The notes beneath the pieces are model-generated. The model searched no databases. It saw nothing but the letters and a program-made list of their open reading frames with translations, and was not told where the DNA came from. Of a DNA stretch of 64,000 nt, positions 1-13,060 are shown piece by piece (position 1 is the first letter of the stretch; each line of letters begins with the position of its first letter). The DNA comes from Malacoraja senta (Eukaryota), in the NCBI GenBank assembly GCA_038087875.1, contig CM075992.1, positions 2,914,001-2,978,000 on the forward strand, in the 5' to 3' direction. The translations under genes were made by a program, and so were the position numbers.

Positions 1-1216
1 GCTTAGGGTCTCTTCTGCAGATCACCCAATCTGCCTTTAGCTCTCCCAGTGAAGAGGAGACCATTTTGTGAATATTGAATACAGTCTTCACGATTGGAAG
101 AAGTACAAGCGAACCACTGCTTTGGTCTGTGGATGGTGGGATGGGAAGATGCGAAAGGACAGATGTATCTCCTTAATTGTATGGAAAGTTACCATATGAT
201 GGGAAAGTGTTGGTATGGATGGAAGAATCAAGTAGGGAAGTTGTGAAAGGTGTGATCCTGTTGTAATGCTGAAAAGGGAGAATTGTATCTCTTTTTCCTC
301 TACCAAACCACAACACCCTCTATGCAACCCCCCCCCCCCCCCCCAGCCCATAATCTCCTCCCTTAACAAACTTCTGAACAGATAGTCTGTATCGGAGTTC
401 AGTTAAATTCAATTTAGTTTATTGTCACGTGTACCGGGGTACAGTGAAAAGCTATAGGTACAGTGAAAAGGATACTGCTGTTGGACATGTAAATAACATG
501 GTCTGGCTATTGTTGCTGAATGAGTGTGACAAGGGCTAGAGATACTGGCCTGGGAGAGGATGATAACATTGATTCACATGTCCTTCCACTTAACCCGAAG
601 GACGCAGGCGCTTAATGTTTTTTACCAGAGCCTTGAGATGCCTTCCTTAGTTCTCCTTCGTATACAGGCAGGCAAGGATCACTATTACCGTATAAATAAT
701 TCGTTTTGTTAGAGGTCTGAGGACAATCAACCAAAGGCTGCACAATGAAGGAAGTGGTGAATTTCACCGCCAACTCTGCCTTCACTGAGATGGCTCCCAA
801 TAGATGAGAAATGATCCATATTTTTGAGGATCTCACTGTGAATCCTAATTGCCAGAGGGCAAGCCCAAAGCAGATGGTAGAGGACTTTGGTCTGGAGGAT
901 GTTGACAGCAAGGCCTAATCTCTCATATGCTTATGCAGCAGAGCTGAGAATGTCTTGAAGCAGTGGCTGCCAAGGTCCTAAACTCTGAAATTATCTACCC
1001 TGTCTCCTCCACCTCTCCTCTAATAATCTCCTTAAAATCTACCTTATGACCAAGCGTCCTTCCTGACATTAGCAAGTACCACCATCCTCAACTTTGTAGA
1101 ATAGGCTTTCCACGTCACACAAAGTTCAAGTCATGAAGTGCTCCGACATAGCCAATTGGGAAATTGTCTAACAAACCTGGATCTACCACAAAGCAATTCT
1201 TGTGAAAAGCACTTAC

Positions 1217-1306
1217 TTTTGCAATTTTAACAAAGTGGCTGAGAACGTCAACTCTTTTTTTAAGCATCTGTTTGGTGAGAATTTCTCTGACCACCCAGAA
1301 ACTAAC
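1217..1306 (-). CDS. RALGPS-like coding exon 5
   Basis: 90 nt, [30 protein letters not shown], gcag/gtaagt. Confidence 0.92.
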
Positions 1307-4300
1307 CTGCAAAGAGAGAATCACCAGTTTATGCTCATCCTTCATTCTTTTATCTCATTCCAAGTGCTTTGCAGAGCAATTTTTTTACAAATGTATAAAG
1401 CTGACTACTTTAGCCAAGACCTTACAAATATTTAATATTGCTGGTGAATTTCTTCTAATGCAACAGCCAAAATTCTTAACCGAATAGAACGACTTCAAAG
1501 ATTAGGCTTTCTTCCACTAATTAAACAGATTTCACTTTTTTATTGAGAACAAACAAAAACAAGATGTACATTTGTCAGTTTTCAGTACATGAAAGTATCA
1601 TGGTAAGAAGCAAAGGCTCAAGCTGAGGGCATGTATTTCTCCTAACAAGGGTTTAGAGACAACATTGGCGAAGTGAACAGAGGGTTAAAATGACTTGTCA
1701 CGGCCTCAGCTATCCAGGTCAGTTTCTAACCCCCTATAGTGTCTGCGTGTAGCTCCTACATTTTCCGTCACCATGTGGGCTTCCCAGGTGCTCAGTTTTC
1801 TCCCACAACATGAAGATGGGCTGGTAGGTACATTAACTTGCCATTCTAAATTACCCTTAGTGGAGGTGGCTGGTGGAAAAATCAGTGAAGTGTTTATGGG
1901 CACAAGAGAGAACAGATTACAAAATTGATGGGATTGCTCCAGAAGCCACCATAGATGAAAATATTTTGGTCAAGTTTATGTTGAACTTCGGCGTTGCGAC
2001 CTGACTTCGGAGCCTCGGAGGCTCGGCCGCGGGCCAGTGGACGACATCATCGTCGGGAGCTCGCAGGTCACAGGTTGGTGACCTGTTTTTCCGGAGCTCC
2101 CGCAACAACAGCTTTGTCCGCTGGACTGGAGGGCGGCAGCTTCGACCGCCCTGGGCCGCGGAGTTTGAACTGGCCCGTTCGCGGAGCTCGGATTCAGCCG
2201 CGGGACTTGCTTACCATCACCCAGCGGGGTCACAACATCGGAGGCCTGGATCGCCTCAGCGCAGAGGGAGAGCAAGGAGGGAAGAGACAAGGACATTGGG
2301 ACTTTTGCCTTCCATCACAGTGAGGAGATGCCTGGTGGACTCACTGTGGTGGATGTTAAATCTGTGATCATTGTGTGTTTTGTTATTTATTCTATGTTAT
2401 GACTGCAGGCTAAACCATTTCGTTGTACTGAAAAGTGCAATGACAATAAAATTGAATCTGAATCTGAAATGAATGTGAATAAACATTTCAATTATGCACT
2501 GGATGAATAAACCAATTTGATCCACATATTGTAGCCTACCTTTTGCGATCATGACCTTGTATATTACTTGACCCTACCTGGTTAAATCTCCGGGTAAAAG
2601 CTACTACATTAGGAGCCAACGCATGCTTCCCCCTCTTGTTCCATGCACAACCAGACAGTTCCTGTTGGAGGGGAAAAAAAAGATTTAAATCCAATACAAG
2701 TAGAAGATTAATTCTGAAAGGAGTCCAGATTTAAATGGTTTATTTACAAAATATTATTTTGCATTCCTGGCAAAAAGGCCTTTTACTTAATACAACAATT
2801 CCTATCCCCATATGCAAGCCACATGTGGAATAGTGCGCGCAAAATGAATTACCTCTTTATCAACACACATTATCCAGATTTGGCTGTTCCTTCTTTATCA
2901 TTGGTCAAAGTGAGGAAGCCCTCAACCCAGCAGAACTATGGAAGTACCATGATGTAGACCATATCAAAGTGCTGGGGCACTACCACCATCCCAAGAACAA
3001 CTCGCATGGCAGAACATTTGTTTTTTGTAAAAGACAATTAAAAATCTGCCTGGAATTTACACCAGACAAACTGCCATTTGCACAACTCAAGCATCATAAG
3101 GCTGGGCGGCTAATAGTCAAGAAGAAATATAACACCAGCAAGTATGGATGGAATTTCCCCTTTACCCCACTCCGTCCAGAAACTAGACACCATATTCAAC
3201 ATGTTACAGGTAGACTTGCATCTCTATATTGCTTTCCTAAACTCAGGTTATGCCAAAGCACTCTATAGCTAGTGAAGTGCTATAGAAGTGCAGTCAATAT
3301 TGTAATACAGCAAATAAATGGAGGCAATGTGTTATTTGTAGTAAAGATAATGAACCAGATAACCTGCTTGTCATGATGTTTATCAGAGAAATGCTAGCCA
3401 GGATACAGAGAAGAACACTCTCTCTTGCTGTTTAAAATAGCAGTACAATTTTATTTTCTGCCTTCAATACCTTTTCTGAAAATCTATCCCTCCAACACTA
3501 CAGCATATCTATCTATATCTAGACTGATAGCTTGAATGTTGTGCTGGAGAGTCAGGAATGGGACTTGACCCATGAGTATAGACTAATAAGTGAGACTGGC
3601 ACCGAAGACCCATGATAATTGTGGAGCAGGATGAAAGATGGAGAGACTGTGAAAGTCTTCATTAAAGAAAAGGTATCTGAATGTAGATCAAGTAGTTCAA
3701 ATGCACATAGAACTGGTCAAAGAATCTGTATAAATCAAAGGAGGTCCACCACCTTTACTACACTCACAACCACCAACCCCTACCATTCTTCCCAAGCCTC
3801 CAAACATCAACCCAGGAAAGGTATTTATTCATCCTTTATGGAGCGAGCATAATCTAGGGATCAAATTTAGTGAATGATTGAGACACTGACCAAGACAAGT
3901 CCACAATCTCGGCAGTAAACTGACTTTTAAAATGTGTTCTGTTTCTCCTCTACTATTGCCCAAGAGATTCCCAAAAACTAAGCATTCTGAGACATATTTT
4001 AAACTAATTTCCAGTTTTTGCTATTCAGCACCAGGATTTCCAGAACAGGATTTAAACATCAACATCTGGATTGGCAGCTGACCATCACTTAACTGTGGTT
4101 CAAGGGCCTAACACTGCTTTATAGGCTGCTATAAAAACAAGATATCAAGTTCAATCTAAAAACATTGCTTATGAATAGAAATGCAGGCGAGATTAAATGG
4201 TGCAGCAGCAGCAAATTTGTAAAGTTAGGTGCTCCGAACTACATCTGCTAAACCCAGCGGAAAGCGAGGACTATTTTACCAGGGCTGTTATCAATTCATT

Positions 4301-7300
4301 ATTATTTCTTCTTCTTAAGCATTTCCTCAGAATTAAGAATAACATATTTTAGTTAGTTCTGTGGGCTCCGAGGTGGCTGATGAGGGTAATTGAGCACCAC
4401 AAGAGGAGCAGGAGGTGTTTGTTTGGGTGGGCGCATAGGCAAAAGGTTTACCAGCATAACACATCAGTGTGACTGAACAAAATCCAGAGGTGGAATTAAT
4501 TTTTTTCGCCATCTCAAGGTAGTTGTTGCAAATGCAAGAAGTGGGAAGAACCATGGCCTGTTAGTAACTAGCTCATCTTCTCTGGAGTACCTCAAGATTG
4601 AAGATTACTTGTTTCCATTATAATTCAATTGGTCTTAACCGGCACATCAGAACCAATGTGGAATCGGCAGATTCTGCTATGGATGGGACATGAGGTGTGT
4701 GATAGGAGGTTGGATGGATTTATGGGAAGAGGAGCAGAGTCACAGGATATATTTATGTAAGCAAGAATCAGGATATATTTATGTAAGCAAGAATCAGCCT
4801 CCAGACTACTTTGAAATTGCAAGGTGCAAATGAGCAACAAAGGCATTAGCTATTAGAAAACACCAATATTATTACACAGCTGAGTAGCACTCGACACAAA
4901 TCATCGTATTTATCAAGACAACGATCAGTTCTTCATCAGATACTCATGATACACACTCAACATTGGGACTGAGCAATGTGACATGACCATGAGATATTAA
5001 CCAATGTTAAAAATGTTAACCAAAATGCTCAGGGAACAAATGTGCAAGCAGCACAGTGGTACAACAAGTAGAGCTATTGCCTCACAACTCCAGCAACCCA
5101 GTTAAGTCCTAACCTCACATGCGGTCTGCGTGGAGTATGCAAGTTCTCCCTGGCTACATGACTTCTTCCAAATGCTCTGGTTTCCTCCAAAATCCCCAAA
5201 ATGTGCAGGTCAGTAGGTTCATTGATCATCAATGGAGTGATAGATTATAAAAGGGTGTAGGAGTTGATTCCACTCCTCCAAAGAAAAAGGCCAGCAATAG
5301 TCAGAGAAACTCGGGAGTCTGAAATGTCATGTCACCAGCCTTTTTCATTATTTTTCTCTTTCTGCCAAAAACATTTGAATGACATTTCAGACTCCCGAGT
5401 TTCTCTGACTATTGCATCCAGCTATTCCCCAATTTAAAAGTACTCTTTGAATGATAAAAAGGATAAAACGATGGATTATCTCACATTTGTGTGCATTGCA
5501 ATTCATTTGCTTCAATTTTACCCATTTGATTACAGAATCTCAGAGGCTATTCATAACATCGTCATGCTGCTTTTGTGGAGAACATTTCGATATTTAGACC
5601 CATTTCCCTCCTCCTTCAAATAATTTTCCCTTGAGCATTCCACAGATGGGCACCAAATCCTGGCCTTGCCAAAAATGCTCACAGACCAATTAAATTTAAA
5701 AGCTGTAGCACCTGCAGTGGATCACCACCAATACATCTTTCCAACACTCTGGACAATGGTCACTCCGCCCTTCCCCGATGTGGAACTTACCTCGGGCTGG
5801 ATGGACTTGAAGACAGTAATGTCCAGCAATGTGATCTGACTCTGAAACAGTAAAAGAGAATCAGGCATCGCCACAGGCAAAACACATGAAATGTGGAACA
5901 CAAACAGAAGTCTTTTACAAATCAGCAAAGCTTCCAAACACATCCGCAAGAAACAACCCAGCTAATTCCACGTTATACCAGCAGTAGCATTTTACAACCA
6001 GATGGATACCATGCCAGTGCACTACAAATTGCTACTTCCTCTCCTCATTAAACACCAAGCCTCTCGAAATTCTGCCCCGAGCAAAAGGCTGTAAAAGTAC
6101 AGAACCAAGCTACTTTTCTTGGAATCTGCACGACTCCATCCTTTTGTTTTATCCTGCCTTCATTTCCCAGCCCCCTTTCCCAATTCTCATTTTTCTACAC
6201 TCATTAGCCACACAATTCCTCCCCAGGTCATTCCAGAAAACAGTTTGCAACCCAGTTTGCAACTCAGAAATACAGCTGTGAATAAAGGTCCCATAGTGCT
6301 GAACATGCCTGCAGCCCTATATCAATTAATAAATCTCTCCCGCCAGATTCCCAAATGCTCATTCATTTATACAGGCCGTACTCAAGTCAGACATTCTGAA
6401 AAGTCCCGACCCAAAACCTCACCTATCCATGTTCTCCAGGGACACTGCCTGACCTGCTGAGTTACTTCAGCACTTTGTGTCTTTTTTCAGACATTCATAA
6501 GCCTGAGAGGTCAATAGACAATAGACAATAGGTGCAGGAGTAGGCAATTCGGCCCTTCGAGCCAGCACCGCCATTCAATGGCTGATCATCCCCAATCAGT
6601 ACCCCGTTCCTGCCTTCTCCCCATATCCCCTGACTCCGCTATTTTTAAGAGCCCTATCTAGCTCTCTCTTGAAAGCATCCAGAGAACCTGCCTCCACCAC
6701 CCTCTGAGGCAGAGAATTCCACAGACTCACCACTCTGTGAGAAAAAGGTCCTGCTCAGCCAGATTACAGCTCCGACCCGTAACTTCGTCTGTCTATTTCC
6801 CTCCACAGACCCGATGAGTTCCTCCAGCGCTCCGTTTTTTGCTCAAGATTCCAGAATGTGCATTCTCTTGTATTTCCAGGATGTGTATTTTGTTTAGTTA
6901 AATAAGTTTATACAAAGGGAGATTGCTCTGCACTCAGTCTTGGAGAGAAACCCAGCCATTAAAATATCCACATCTTCCCATCCAGAAGGCACTCATCCTG
7001 CTCACGTACCCAGAACTGAGGGTCCATCCTTGACACAATGCATTGGATCTCTCCAGTCAGCACAGTGCTCTATACAACACAGAAATAACACCAGAAATGT
7101 ATCATCTCTGGGAGAGGGCCAAGTGACGGAAACAGAATTAATATAGAAGGATGCCAACTGGTTGGCATGGTGGACCAAAACATTGTCGTGTGACTATGAT
7201 TAAGTTTTATTTACATCTTGTCTCCAGTGACAATGTTAAAAGTACTATATGAATGGAAATAAGTTCAGTTTAGGAACTGAGAGATTAATCACTCATATTT

Positions 7301-8481
7301 GATATATTTCCCAACAATTCTCTGGGGAAATTTAACAAAAGCTCTTTGGATTCAGTTCTTTCAGTATCTCATTGGCACCAAACACACTGAAACACCCCAG
7401 ATCCAGCTCATTACGTTGGTTCTTCCTTCCCTCTCTCCCACAGTAACTTCTACTTACTGCAAACTGTTCTGGGGACACCTTGAGAACATCAAATACAACA
7501 GCATCGAAGCTCTTCCCAAGGTTCTGAGATCCATTTTCTATGGACGTCACGGATGGACTTCTCTGGAAATTTTAGGTTCAAAATACAGAAATTTAGCCAG
7601 CCGTGGGTGTACCACCCAACAATAGATACTGACTTTTGTCACAACACTTAGCATATTTCATCCACCCACACATACCAGTTTCATGAACAATTCTCCATAT
7701 TAACTTTTTTTTACAAATTGTCACTGTAATATAGGGAACATCGCAGCTAATTTGTGCAAAGGAATACAGTAATGTCGGGAGGCAATTTCAATATGTCCAT
7801 CTCACCATTCAATACAATCATGGCTGCTCTCTACCCCATATTATTTAACATTTGGTTAACAAAAAAATCCCTCAATCTCAAATTTAAAGTTAACAATTAA
7901 CAAATCTTATAGAAACATAAATAATTATTAAAGGATTAGATAGGCGAGATACAGGAAAAAATGTTCCCTATGTTGGGGGCGTCCAGAACCAGGGGTCACA
8001 GTGATAGGCCATTTAGGACTGAGATGAGGAAACACTTTGTCACCCAGAGAGTTGTGAATCTGTGGAATTCTCTACCACAGAAGGCAGTGGAGGCCAATTC
8101 ACTGGATGTTTTCAGGAGAGAGTTAGATTTAGCTCTTAGGGCTCCCATCCACCATGCATGGGACTTTGGTAGCGCTGTTCTAGCAGTTTCTAGATTATTG
8201 GATGTTATTTCATATTAATACTCCAACACAATTATTCACTATTTTAAAAAAAATGTTACAGTAGAATAAAATAATTTTTAGGGTACATGAGTGACGAGAT
8301 CCTTGTGGAGCAGAATTTAGTAAAAAGGGAGGAAGAAATTATAACTATGTACAACCAACTCTAAATCCATGTTCAAAGTTCAGTCTAAAATAAAAATCTT
8401 TCAGTTCAGTAACAAAGTACCTACATCTGGTCCAATATTTAGTTCTGTATCACTTGGCAAGTCTCTTGCAGGCGGCTCCAT
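1217..8481 (-). CDS. RALGPS-family Ral guanine nucleotide exchange factor (RasGEF/CDC25 domain N-terminal part); 5 coding exons, continues beyond left edge
   Basis: Exons 8425-8481, 7458-7562, 5791-5841, 2578-2661, 1217-1306, all phase 0 with AG/GT boundaries. Spliced peptide [129 protein letters not shown] matches RALGPS1/2 motifs (KS[FY][27 protein letters not shown]). Paralogue identity uncertain. Confidence 0.92.
1975..2468 (+). mobile_element. CpG-rich non-LTR retroelement 3' fragment (atgacaataaa + (gaatct)n tail)
   Basis: GC/CpG-rich block in an AT-rich intron ending in tgacaataaaattgaatctgaatctgaa. Family not identified. Confidence 0.55.
2578..2661 (-). CDS. RALGPS-like coding exon 4
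   Basis: 84 nt, [28 protein letters not shown], acag/gtaggg. Confidence 0.92.
5294..5415. repeat. perfect 37-bp inverted repeat with 48-nt spacer
   Basis: gcaatagtcagagaaactcgggagtctgaaatgtcat (5294-5330) and its exact reverse complement (5379-5415). Confidence 0.95.
5791..5841 (-). CDS. RALGPS-like coding exon 3
   Basis: 51 nt, [17 protein letters not shown], tcag/gtaagt. Confidence 0.92.
6512..6748 (-). mobile_element. CR1-type LINE 3' end
   Basis: (caataga)n tail plus the 3'UTR shared with the 55.8-56.4 kb copy. Confidence 0.85.
7458..7562 (-). CDS. RALGPS-like coding exon 2
   Basis: 105 nt, ...[19 protein letters not shown], ccag/gtaagt. Confidence 0.92.
7905..8142 (+). mobile_element. 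CR1-type LINE fragment
   Basis: SRTRGHS...[18 protein letters not shown]. Confidence 0.85.
8425..8481 (-). CDS. RALGPS-like coding exon 1 ([19 protein letters not shown]); exon with 5'UTR extends to 8515
   Basis: ttcag acceptor at 8516-8520, ATG at 8481, GTAGGT donor. Its 57 coding nt give the phase 0 needed for the next exon. Confidence 0.7.
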
Positions 8482-9269
8482 ACTATCCCTCGAACATTAA
8501 CAGCTCAAATGTGTCCTGAAAAGAAAGAATGTCACATATTAAACTACAAGAACATTATTTGATTGCTCTTGTTTCAGTAATAAATTCAAGATGTGTATTG
8601 GGAGACAAACGTTGGCCCTATTAGTAGCATCTTCATCAGGAGTGAACATATGTAAAACTGACACACAAGATTGCCCAGCTGGTTTCTTCTTCAAGCCATT
8701 TAAAATGAATTATTAATATACTCTTTCCCACGCTTCCTTTAGTTGCACCTTGGTACTAAATGCTCAAGGGTTGAAATACAATTCAATACTCAAGTCAAGT
8801 CACTTTTATTTATATAGCACATTTAAAAAACAACTCTCGTTGGCCAAAGTGCTTTACATTGGTGGAGGTACTAACATTAATAAACATTAATACTAGAATA
8901 AAGCACCAGATTGTACTGAAGTTTACCAGAGTGGAGACTCAGACTATCTTTGATTGGATCTTACTAGACTTTAACTTGCACTAAACATTATTCACGTCAT
9001 TCCATTTATCGGTATCTGTACACTGTAGATGGCTCGATTGAAGTATGTATTGTCTTTCCGCTGACTGGTTAGCACGCAACAAAATCTCTTCATTGTACCA
9101 CATGACAATAAACTAAACAAGCTAGCTGATATCAGAAAAATATTTTGCTGCACATGTACTCACAATCTGAATCACAACTACTTTAAAATGAACAACTTTT
9201 GTATCTGTAGAGCCTTTAACAAATTTAAATTAGGTGCATTTAAAGGGAACAAAATCAGTAAATCCAACT

Positions 9270-9800
9270 TATAGAGAAGCTATACTTCACCCTCGTTAGA
9301 CCTCATTTGGACTACGCAGTTGCAGCATGGGACCCATACACAAATAAAAACATTTCTTCCATCGAACGTGTCCAAAGACAGGCAGCTCGATTTGTTACTA
9401 ACACCTATGAGAGAGAAGCGAGTGTTACCAAACTTCTGAATTCTCCAAGACAGACGTGAAGCTCACCGTTTGACCTGTTTTTACAAAATGTTAAATGGTC
9501 AGCTCGACATAGATTACCAGACCTACACCAAACCCAAACCAATTAGGAGCAGACGAGGGCATTCGATCCAATTTGTGATTCCAGCTACCAAGACAGATGT
9601 GTACAGCAATTTATTCTTCCCCCGCACAATTACACCATGGAATAATCTCCACCCTACTTTAGTTACCCAACCAGATGCAACTAAATTTAAGGTAGCTCTT
9701 TCTTCCCAAAAACCCTTTCTGGCTTAAGTCCTCCCTCCACCACCTCCAGTTTAAATTCCATTTGGAATATTTTGGAGGACCAAGAAACCAAGAACCAAGA
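9270..9800 (+). mobile_element. divergent CR1-group LINE RT C-terminal fragment with (ccaagaa)n tail
   Basis: Reads LYFTLVRPHLDYAVAAWDPY...IERVQRQAARFV then (shifted frame) FYKMLNG...FFPRTITPWNNL, with a short tandem tail. Confidence 0.75.
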
Positions 9801-10779
9801 TGGTACAGCACATGTAGTAAAGCTTGGACAAAGAGGTTGTTTTTCAAGAGCATCTTTAGAGTAGGAGAGAAGCCCAGAGGTGTTACAAGTGAATTCCTGA
9901 GCTGGTAAAATACAAAATAGAAAATACTTGAAAAACATAGCAGGTCAGGCTGCATCTGCGAGAAGAGAAAGAGAAAGATATCTTTCATATCAAAAATCCT
10001 TCATCAACGGCAAAGGAGCCTCAAAAAGCTTGTTAAGCTGCTGGAAAGACTGGGTGTCTCTCATGGGGTAAAGCCAGACCCAGGGTGACCATAGGGATAA
10101 GTAACAAAGTTAACTGGTCAATGAGTTACAGAACAATGAGAAAGTAACAGACAAAAGAACACAGGTAACACAGAAAAGAATGATTACTACTCTTACTAGA
10201 ACCAATCAAAGTTCTGTACCACATCCTACACTATAGAAGTTTAGTTCTAAAAGAAGCAAAAATTGTAAATCTGAAAAATGAAAAATGCTGGAAATACTCA
10301 ACTCACATTATCTGTGGAATGTGAAACATTTATCATTTCAGATTTCCAGCATTTTGTTTATTTTCAGGTTTATTTTCAATTTTTTTGGATTTTCAACACT
10401 TCAGAAACACCCTTAATTTATGCATTTTTCCATACACACCCGTGCAAGGATCACTTAGTCATCCTGGTTTTAGCTTTCTCTACATCATCCAGAAAACCAG
10501 ATAATCAATTGAATGTCCAATCATTGCCCCCTTTATCATTGATTATTCCAATCTATGTGTCAGTGCATTTGATCCCATAGCCTTGTGATTTGTTAAATTC
10601 TGACGCCCAGTCTTAACAATGCAGCCTGGAATGGGACGTGAGGTGAGGGGCTCTTGGTCTCAAGAGAGAATTGGCATAGTTGTGGTAATAAAACTGCCCC
10701 AGATAAAACAAAATCCCTGAAGAGGATGATATGCATGGAACCAGATAGATTGCCTTTTCTTTTTAAAGCTCTATGGGCA

Positions 10780-11060
10780 AGAGTTTATTGCGAGTAAGTG
10801 CATCGCTCCCACCCTGACGGAGCGCCCTGCTCCTCTGAAGGGCGTCACACTCCACACGACGGACCCTCTCTCGGACAAAGCCTCTCGTGCCCAAACGGCC
10901 GTTGGTCAGCGGCGCGTGCACGAGGCGAGGTGCGCGCGCATCGCGGCGGGAGCGCCCACCCCCACCCCCATCAGACACACCTGTCCGCGCATGTGCACTC
11001 CGGGCTTGCTGGCCAGCTCGGTGCGCGCATGCTCCCCTGCGAGCGCGGGAAAAGTGCATG
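10780..11060. promoter_or_regulatory. CpG-rich island-like patch; probable promoter of the RALGPS-like gene (possibly bidirectional)
   Basis: Dense CpGs in an AT-rich background, upstream of both divergent genes. NRF1-like GCGCATGTGC (10987-10996) and GCGCATGC (11025-11032), E2F-like GCGCGGGAAA (11043-11052). Confidence 0.65.
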
Positions 11061-11139
11061 TTGCAATTCAAGAAACACACATAATACTCGGCAGATCAGC
11101 TGCAGAATGCCTCCAGGTTCAGTATGCATTGGTGTATAT

Positions 11140-11145
11140 AATAAT

Positions 11146-11179
<34 letters not shown>

Positions 11180-11540
11180 TTTATTTATGGGCGCCTTTCA
11201 AATCTCAAGGACACCTTACAGATTTTACAGTAAACGGAATGAAATAAATAGTAAAGACATCACAAGTACACAAATTAATACAGAATTAAAAAAAAAAAAA
11301 AAAAAAAAAATACAGTATAGAGATAGATAGAGATAGAAGGTACACAAAAATGCTGGAGAAACTCAGCGGGTGCAGCAGCATCTATGGAGCGAAGGAAATA
11401 GGTAACGTTTCGGGCCGAAACCCTTCTTCCATAGATAGAGATATATATAGATGGACATTGATAGATATCTATATAGATATATATTTATCTGTCTATTTAT
11501 TTATATATATATATATAAATAATATATATATATATATTGT
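11140..11540. repeat. (AAT)n, poly-A and (AT/ATAG)n simple repeats
   Basis: Direct reading. Confidence 0.9.
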
Positions 11541-13026
11541 TTTTTTAATAAAAGAGAGGGATAGATAGGGTAGACACAGTCTAAACCTTTTTTTTCTCCC
11601 TTGGATGGAAAAAGCAAATACTAAATGGATACAAGGTGCTGGAGTAAATCAGCAGGTCTGGCAGCATCGATGGAGAATGTGGCTAGATGACATTTCGGGA
11701 CGAGATCCTTTAGTCTGAAAGTGATGGGAGCCTCGACGTTTTAAGAGAGAATAGGTATAATGGCAATAAAACAATTTTAGATAAAATCCTTGGGGAGGTT
11801 ATTGGAGGTAGGCAGGATATTAGCAGTGATTACATTTAACAGGGTTAGCTTATATATTTTGCACAACCCACACAGACATTTTTAATTTTGATTATTATCC
11901 AAGTCATCTTTGAGTGGAAGAAGATATAATAACAATGTGCAATTAATAAACATGATGGGACCTCAATACACTTCACCGGATCATTATCAGCAGAATTTCA
12001 TACAACCATATGAGGAAGATGGTGAAATACTAACTTGAAACATCATCTATTCATGTTCTTTGGAGATGCTGCCTATGTTACTACAGCATTTTGTTTCCTT
12101 TTGTGTATTAACCTGCAACAGCAGTTCCTTGTTTCTATAAATACTAGATTTAGTTTAGATGACATAGCTATAAGGTGAGAGGGGCAAAGGAAATGTGCAG
12201 GGCAGGGCATGTTTTTTTTATACAGCGTGTGGCGAGTGCCTGGAATGCATTGCTGAAATTGGTGGAGGCAGATACAATTGTCATTTTTAAGAGACTTTTG
12301 GATAAGCAGGGAATGGAGGGATATGGATTATGTGCAGACCGATAAGAGTTGGTCTTGTTATCATGTGTACAGATATTGGGCATTGAAGGACCTGTTCCTC
12401 TGTTGTATTCTATGTTCTATTAAGTATGTTCCTCTTTAATTTTAGGAGAAATATGATTTTGCATATCCATTGATGAAGCAGATGAAGGTGGATAGGTTCA
12501 GACACTGCTCTTGGATCGCCTACAGTAATATCCAAAGACGGGGATGATTGACTACCAGCAACCACATTATCTTCCCCTGTGCAAGGTATGACTCCAACAC
12601 TACTGATGTGTTTTGTCGTTTCATTTTTCGCTCTCGGCTGTTAAATGCTGTCTTGTGTCAAGTGTTGCCTTTCTGTTCTGTTGCAAGTTTACACACACTG
12701 ATTAATATGATGTGCATTTCTGCTTAATATGATGTGCATTTCTTTTCCATGCTAGAAAATGGATGTGGTTGCATTGGAGAGAGTGCAGAGGAGACCCACC
12801 AGATGTCTCCTGGATTGGATATCTTATGGGTAGAGTTTGGATAGGCTTGTAATCTCTGGGGCAAAGGAGACAGAGGGGGTGATTTGATAGAGGTATTACA
12901 AAGTTATGAGGCATCATTATCTCTCTAAATCAATAGGGTGTGTCCCTGTGTGCCTCTGACCGTGGGTACACAAAAATGCTGGAGAAACTCAGCGGGTGCA
13001 GCAGCATCTATGGAGCGAAGGAAATA

Positions 13027-13059
13027 GGTAACGTTTCGGGCCGAAACCCTTCTTCAGAC
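13027..13059 (-). ncRNA. putative minimal hammerhead ribozyme core in a Penelope terminal repeat (representative intact copy)
   Basis: GU-CUGAAGA-A-GGGU(UUCG)GCCC-GAAA-CGUU-ACC. Further copies at 44673-44705(-), 45856-45886(-), 16761-16793(+), 62312-62343(+, CUGAUGA). Confidence 0.6.
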
Positions 13060-13060
13060 C

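Noticed and set aside
1976-2330. CpG-rich block as promoter or coding exon
   Set aside because: It ends in a retroelement-type tail, has no RALGPS similarity, and the neighbouring exons splice in frame without it.
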